From the human T2T-CHM13v2.0 reference genome, Homo sapiens: a DNA stretch of 64,000 nucleotides. The notes beneath the pieces were generated by a model that worked only from the letters and a program-made list of their open reading frames with translations, was not told where the DNA came from and did no database searches. The stretch lies in assembly GCF_009914755.1 (NCBI RefSeq), contig NC_060946.1; one strand, 5' to 3'. Below, one piece after another: positions 58,201-64,000 of the stretch (positions are counted from its first letter, which is position 1; each line of letters starts with the position of its first letter). The position numbers and the translations under genes are program-made.

Positions 58201-61200
58201 CGTTCGATTCCGTTCCATTCCGTTTCATTCCATTGCATTCCACTCCGGTTGATTCCATTCCATTCCATTCCATTCCACTGCATTCCATTCCATACCCATG
58301 GGGTTGATTCCTTTCCAGTCCATTCAATTCAACACCATTCCACTCCATTCCGTTCCATTCCATTCATGTTGATTCCATTCCATTCCGTTCCATTCCATTC
58401 CATTCCATACCATTCCACTAGGGTTGATTCCATACCATTCCATTCCATTGCATTCCATTCCATTCCATTCCACTCAGGTTGATTCCATTAAATTCCATTC
58501 CATTCCATTCCTTTCCATTCCATTAGTTTCTAATCAGGTTGATTCCAATCTATTCCATTATATTCAAGTCCTTTCCATTCCATGCCATTCCACTCGGGTT
58601 GTTTCCATTTTGTTGTATTCCATTCCATTCCATTCCATTCCATTCCATTCCATTCCATTCCATTCCAGTTGATTCCAATGCCTTCCATTCCATTGCATTC
58701 CATTCCACTCCATTCCACTCTGGTTGATTCCATTCCATTCCATTCCATTCCATGCCATTCCATTCCATTCCATTCTATTCCACTCGTGTTGATTCCATTC
58801 CATTCCTTTCCATTCCATTTCACTCGGGTTGATTCCATTCCATTCTGATCTATTTTATTCCATTCCATTCCATTCCATACCTTTCCGTTCCACACGGGTT
58901 AATTCCATTCCATTCCATTCCATTCCATTGCATTCCATTCCATTCCATTCCATTCAGGTTGATTCCTTTCCATTCCTTTCCTTTCCATTCCATTCCACTG
59001 CATTCCATTCCATTGAATGCAATTCCATTCCATTCCACTCCATTCCATTCCACTCGTGTTCATTCCATTCCATTCCATTCCATTCTGTCCCGTTCCTTTC
59101 CATTCTATTCCGTTCCATTCCATTCCCTCACACTCGTGTTCATTCCATTCCATTCCGTTCCATTCCATTCCATTCATTTCCATTCCTTTCCATTGCACTC
59201 CACTCGGGTTGATTCCATTCCATTCCATTCTATTCCATTCCGTTCAATTAAATTCCATTCCATTCCATTCCATTCCATTGCATTCCAGTTCATTCCATTC
59301 CTTTCCTTTCCATTCCATTCCATTCCCTTCCATTCCATTCCATTCCCTTCCATTCCATTCCATTCAATTCAATTCCGTTGCATTGGAATCGGGTTGATTC
59401 CAATCCATTCCATTACATTCCAATCTTTTCCATTCCATTCCATTCCACTCGGTTTGTTTCCATTACGTTGAATTGCATTCCATTCCATTCCATTCCATTC
59501 CATTCCATTCCATTGAAATTCATTGCATTTCATTCCACTCGGTTTGTTTCCTTTCCATTCCATTAGTTTCCATTAAATTCCATTCCATTCATTCCATTCC
59601 ATTCCATTCCACTCAGGTTGATTCCGTTCCATTCCATTGCATTCCATTCCATTCTAGTTGATTCCATTGCATTCCGTGCTGTTCCATTCCATTCCACTCC
59701 ATTCGAATCCATTCCACTTGGGTTGATTCCATTCCATTCCATTCCATTCAATTCCCTTCCATTGCATTCCACTCGGATTGATTCCATTCCATTCCATTGC
59801 ATTCCATTCCATTCCATTCCATTGCACTTCCTTCCATTCCAATTGATTCCATTCCATTCCATTCCATTCCATACCATTCCATTCCATTCCATTCCATTCC
59901 ACTCTGGTTGACTACATTCCATGCCATTGCATTCCATTGCATTCCATTCCTTTCTATTACATTCCATTCTTTTCTATTCCATTCCTTTCCACTCGAGTTG
60001 ATTCCATTCCTTTCTATTCCATTCCATACCATTGCATTCCATTCCATTCCATTCCATTCCATTCCATTCCATTTCAATCGGGTGGATTCCATTCGATTCA
60101 ATTCTATTCCATTCCATTTCATTCCATTCCACTCGGATGATTCCATTCCATTCCATTCCATTGAAATTCATTGCATTGCATTCCAGTTGAATCCATTGGA
60201 TTCCATTCCGTTCCATTCCATTCCATTCCACTCGAGTTGATTCCACTCCTTTCCATTGGATTACATTCCATTTCTTTCCCATCGGGTGGATTCCATTCCA
60301 TTCCATTCCATTCCACTCCGGTTGATTCCATTCCATTCCTTTCCATTCCATTCCATTCCATTCCATTCCATTCCATTCCATTCCATTCCGTTCCGTTCCA
60401 TTCCATTCGTGTTGATTCCATTCCATTCCACACCAATGCATTCCATTCCATTCAAATCCACTCGCATTCAATCTATTCCATTGAATTTCATTCCGTTCTG
60501 TTCCATTCCATTCCATTGCATTCCATACCATTCCATTCCACTCGGGATGATTCCATTGCATTCCATTATATTCCGTTCCATTCCATTCCATTACATTCCA
60601 CTCCATTGCATTCCACTCTGGTTGATTCCATTCCATTCCACTCCATTCCATTCCATTCCATTCCACTCGGGTTGTTTCCATTCCATTCCTTTCCATTTCA
60701 TTCTAATCCATTCCATTCCATTCCATTCCATTCTATTCCATTCCATTCCATTCCTCTCCGGTTATTCCATTCCATTCCATTCCGTTCCATTCCACTCGGC
60801 TTTTTTCCATTCCATTGCATTCCATTTTATTCCATTCCATTCCATTCCATTCCATTCCATTCCGTTCCATTAAATTCCATTCTATTCTGTTCCACTCGGG
60901 TACATTCCATTCCATTCCATTCCATTCCATTCCATTCCATTCCATTCCATTCCATTAGTTTCTAATGTGGTTGATTCCAATCCGTTCCATTATATTCAAG
61001 TCCTTTCCATTCCATGCCATTCCACTCGAGTTCTTTCCATTTTGTTGTATTCCATTCCATTCCATTCCATTCCATTCCTTTCCTTTCCATTCCATTCCAT
61101 TCCATTCCATTCCATTCCATTCCAATCCATACCATTCCATCAAAGTTGATTGCATGTTATTCCATTCCATTCCATTCCATTCCATTCCATTCCATTCCAC

Positions 61201-63389
61201 TCCATTCCTTTCCACTCGGGTTGATTCCATTCCATTCAATTCTGTTCTTTTCCGTTCCATTCCATTCCATTCCATTTCATTCCATTGCATTCCACTCGGG
61301 TTGATTCCATTCCATTCCATTCCATTCCATTCCCTTCGGGTTGATTCCTTTCCATTCAATTCCATTCCATACCATTCTATTCCATTCCGTTCCATTCCAT
61401 TCCGGTTGATTCCGTTCCATTCCATGCCCTTTTATTCCATTCCATTCCATTCCATTCCCTTCCATACCATTCCACCCAAGTTGATTGCATGTTATTCCAT
61501 TCCATTCCATTCCATTCCATTCCATTCCATTCCATTCCATTACATTACATTCCACTCGGGTTGATTTAATTCCTTTCAATTCCGTTCCGTTCCATTCCGA
61601 TCCATTCCATTCCATTTCATTCCATTGCTTTCCATTCGTGTTGATTCCTTTCCATTCCATTCCATTCCATACCGTTCCACTCCATTCCGTTCCATTCCAT
61701 TCCGGTTGATTCCGTTCCATTCCATGACTTTTTATTCCATTCCATTCCATTCCATACCATTCCACCAAAGTTGATTGCATGTTATTCCATTTCATTCCAT
61801 TCCATTCCATTCCATTCCATTCCATTCCATTCCATTCCATTCCATTCCTTTCCTCTCGGGTTGATTCCATTCCTTTCAATTCCGTTCCGTTCCGTTCCAT
61901 TCCGTTCCATTCCATTGCATTTCATTCCATTGCATTCCACTCGGGTTGATTCCATTCCATTCCATTCCATTCTATTCCATACCCTTCGGGTTGATTCCTT
62001 TCCATTCCATTCCATTCCATACCATTCCAATCCATTCCGTTCCATTCCATTCCGGTTGATTCCATTCCGTTCCATTCCGTTCCATTCCATTCCATACCAT
62101 TCCACTAGGTTTGATTCCATACCATTCCATTCCATTGCATTCCATTCCATTCCATTCCACTCGGGTTGATTCTATTCCATTCCATTCCATTCCGTTCCAT
62201 TCCTTTCCACTCGGGTTGATTTCATTCCATTCAATTCCGTTCCATTCCATTCCGTTCCATTCCATTCCATTTCATTCCATTGCATTCCACTCGTGTTGAT
62301 TCCATTCCATTCCACTCCATTGCATTCCATTCCATTCCATTCCATAGCCTTCGAGTTGATTCCTTTCCATTCCATTCCATTCCGTACCATTCCACTCCAT
62401 TCCGTTCCATTGCATTCGGGTTGATTCCGTTCCATTCCATGACCTTTTATTCCATTCCATTCCATTCTATTCCATTCCATTCCATTCCATACAATACCAT
62501 TCCACCAAAGTTGATTGCATGTTATTCCATTTCATTCCATTCCATTCCATTCCATTCCATTACTTTCAACTCGGGTTGATTCCATTCCTTTCAATTCCGT
62601 TCCGTTCCGTTCCGTTCCATTCCATTCCATTTCATTCAATTGCATTCCACTCGGGTTGATTCCATTCCATTCCATTCCATTCTATTCCATACCATCCGCG
62701 TTGATTCCTTTCCATTCCATTCCATTCCATACCATTCCACTCCATTCCGTTCCATTCCATTCTGGTTAATTCCATTCCGTTCCATTCCGTTCCATTCCAT
62801 TCCATACCATTCCACTAGGGTTGATTCCATACCATTCCATTCCATTGCATTCCATTCCATTCCATTCCACTCGTGTTGATTCCATTCCATTCCATTCCGT
62901 TCCATTCCATTCCACTGCATTCCATTACATTCCATTCCACTCCAGTTAATTGCGTTCCTTTCCATTCCAATCCATTCCATTCCATTGGGGTCCATTCCAT
63001 TCCATTCCTTTCCATTCCATCCCATTCCGTTCCGTTCCTATCCATTCCTTTCAATTCCATTCCATTCCATTCCATTCATTCCTTTCCATTCCATTCCATT
63101 CTACTCGGTTTGATTCCATTCCATTCCATTCCATTCCATTCCATTCCATTCCATTCCATTCCATTAAATTCCATTCCATTCCATTCCACTCGGGTAGATT
63201 CCATTCCATTCCATTCCTTTCCATTCCATTCCATTCCACTCCTTTCCATTAGTTTCTAATCGGTTGATTCCAATCCATTCCATTATATTCAAGTCCTTTC
63301 CATTCCATGCCATTCCACTCGGGTTGTTTCCATTTTGTTGTATTCCATTCCATTCCATTGCATTCCCTTCCATTCCGTTCCATTCCATT

Positions 63390-63850
63390 CCATTGCATTC
63401 CATTCCACTCAGGTTGTTTCCTTTCCATTGCATTAGTTTCCATTCCATTCCATTCCTTTCCATTCCATTCCACTCAGGGTGATTCCATTCCTTTCCATTC
63501 CAATTCTTTCCATTCCTGTTGATACCATTGCATTGCATTGTTTCCATTCCATTCCATTCCATTCCATTCCACTCTGTTTTATTCATTTCTATTCCATTCC
63601 ATTCCATTCCATTCCATTCCATTCCATTCCATTCCTTTGCATTCCATTCCACTCAGGTTGTTTCCTTTCCGTTCCATTAGTTTCCATTCCATTCCATTCC
63701 TTTCCATTCCATTCCATTCATGGTGATCCCATTCCTTTCGATTCCAATTCTTTCCATTCCAGTTCATACCATTGCATTGCATTGTTTCCATTCCATTCCA
63801 TTCCATTCCACTCGGTTTTATTCATTTCCATTCCATTCCATTCCATTCCA
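63390..63850 (+). repeat. 244-bp tandem duplication
   Basis: ACTCAGGTTGTTTCCTTTCC at 63407/63651; CAATTCTTTCC at 63501/63745. Confidence 0.78.
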
Positions 63851-64000
63851 TTCCATTCCATTCCATTCCATTCCATTCCACAATGGGTTGATTCCATTCC
63901 ATTTCATTCCCTTTTATTCCATTCCATTCCATTCCATTCCATTCCATTCCATTCCATTCCATACCATTCCACCAAAGTTGATTGCATGCTATTCCATTCC

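Larger units (their letters stand above)
1..64000 (+). repeat. Human/great-ape satellite III (HSat3), (CATTC)n/(GGAAT)n array with CAACCCGAGT-type interruptions; probably the HSat3B group
   Basis: The CATTC pentamer dominates every line. The recurrent CCACTCGGGTTGATT (minus strand AATCAACCCGAGTGG) is the classical satellite III 10-bp interruption. The CATTCGATTC/GATGAT periodicity typical of HSat2 is essentially absent. The subfamily call is from recalled motif knowledge, not a search. Confidence 0.96.
35811..64000 (+). repeat. Right domain: more diverged HSat3 without a regular period; patchwork of dispersed duplications
   Basis: The TTTAAA/CGCGTTGATCCTG landmark is absent. The TTAGTTT(C/G)TAAT landmark is irregularly spaced: 37008, 39471, 41464, 44273, 48899, 51345, 53628, 55211, 57098, 58523, 60955, 63249. 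Confidence 0.85.

Noticed and set aside
47-63806. Hundreds of ORFs (HSIPF-repeat on +, MEWNG-repeat on -), up to 369 aa, e.g. 8176..9285 and 26191..27258
   Set aside because: The pentamer has no stop codon on either strand, and because 5 is coprime with 3 every frame gives the same cyclic peptide. The ORFs overlap in all six frames and show no domains or gene structure.
1-64000. CRISPR-like repeat/spacer pattern formed by the recurring CTCGGGTTGATT motif
   Set aside because: The intervening sequence is itself pentamer repeat of variable length, not unique spacers. There are no cas genes or leader.
1-64000. HSat2 or DYZ1 identity
   Set aside because: It lacks the dense CATTCGATTC/GATGAT pattern of HSat2 and the regular 3.56 kb homogeneous period of DYZ1. 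Chromosome and species cannot be assigned without mapping.
1-64000. Inversions or inserted transposons (Alu, L1, ERV)
   Set aside because: No GGAAT-strand tract, poly-A tail, target-site duplication or long non-satellite sequence was seen.
1-64000. A novel gene-encoded biological system
   Set aside because: Nothing coding or structured-RNA-like is supportable. Any novelty is limited to satellite architecture, which may already be annotated in T2T resources.

Overview
The whole 64 kb is primate, most likely human, classical satellite III (HSat3) heterochromatin. It is a diverged (CATTC)n array, in one orientation throughout, punctuated by the CCACTCGGGTTGATT motif (reverse complement AATCAACCCGAGTGG). 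I see no genes, RNA genes, transposons, CRISPR arrays or inversions. Every ORF in the track is an artefact of the stop-free pentamer (HSIPF/MEWNG repeats). I find no evidence of a novel gene-encoded biological system. What is informative is the array architecture. A left domain (1 to ~35.8 kb) holds ten higher-order-like units with a ~3.1-3.4 kb core; their lengths range from 2.07 to 6.49 kb because of nested duplications, deletions and one insertion. It includes one near-identical 3.1 kb tandem duplication and several mosaic units. A sharp junction at ~35.8 kb leads to a more diverged right domain, built from the same sub-modules but scrambled into dispersed duplications (offsets ~2.6, 4.6, 5.5/6.2 and 15.7 kb). 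A ~1.6 kb block of right-domain-type sequence sits inside the left domain. Coordinates and offsets were read by eye from landmark motifs; breakpoints are approximate.
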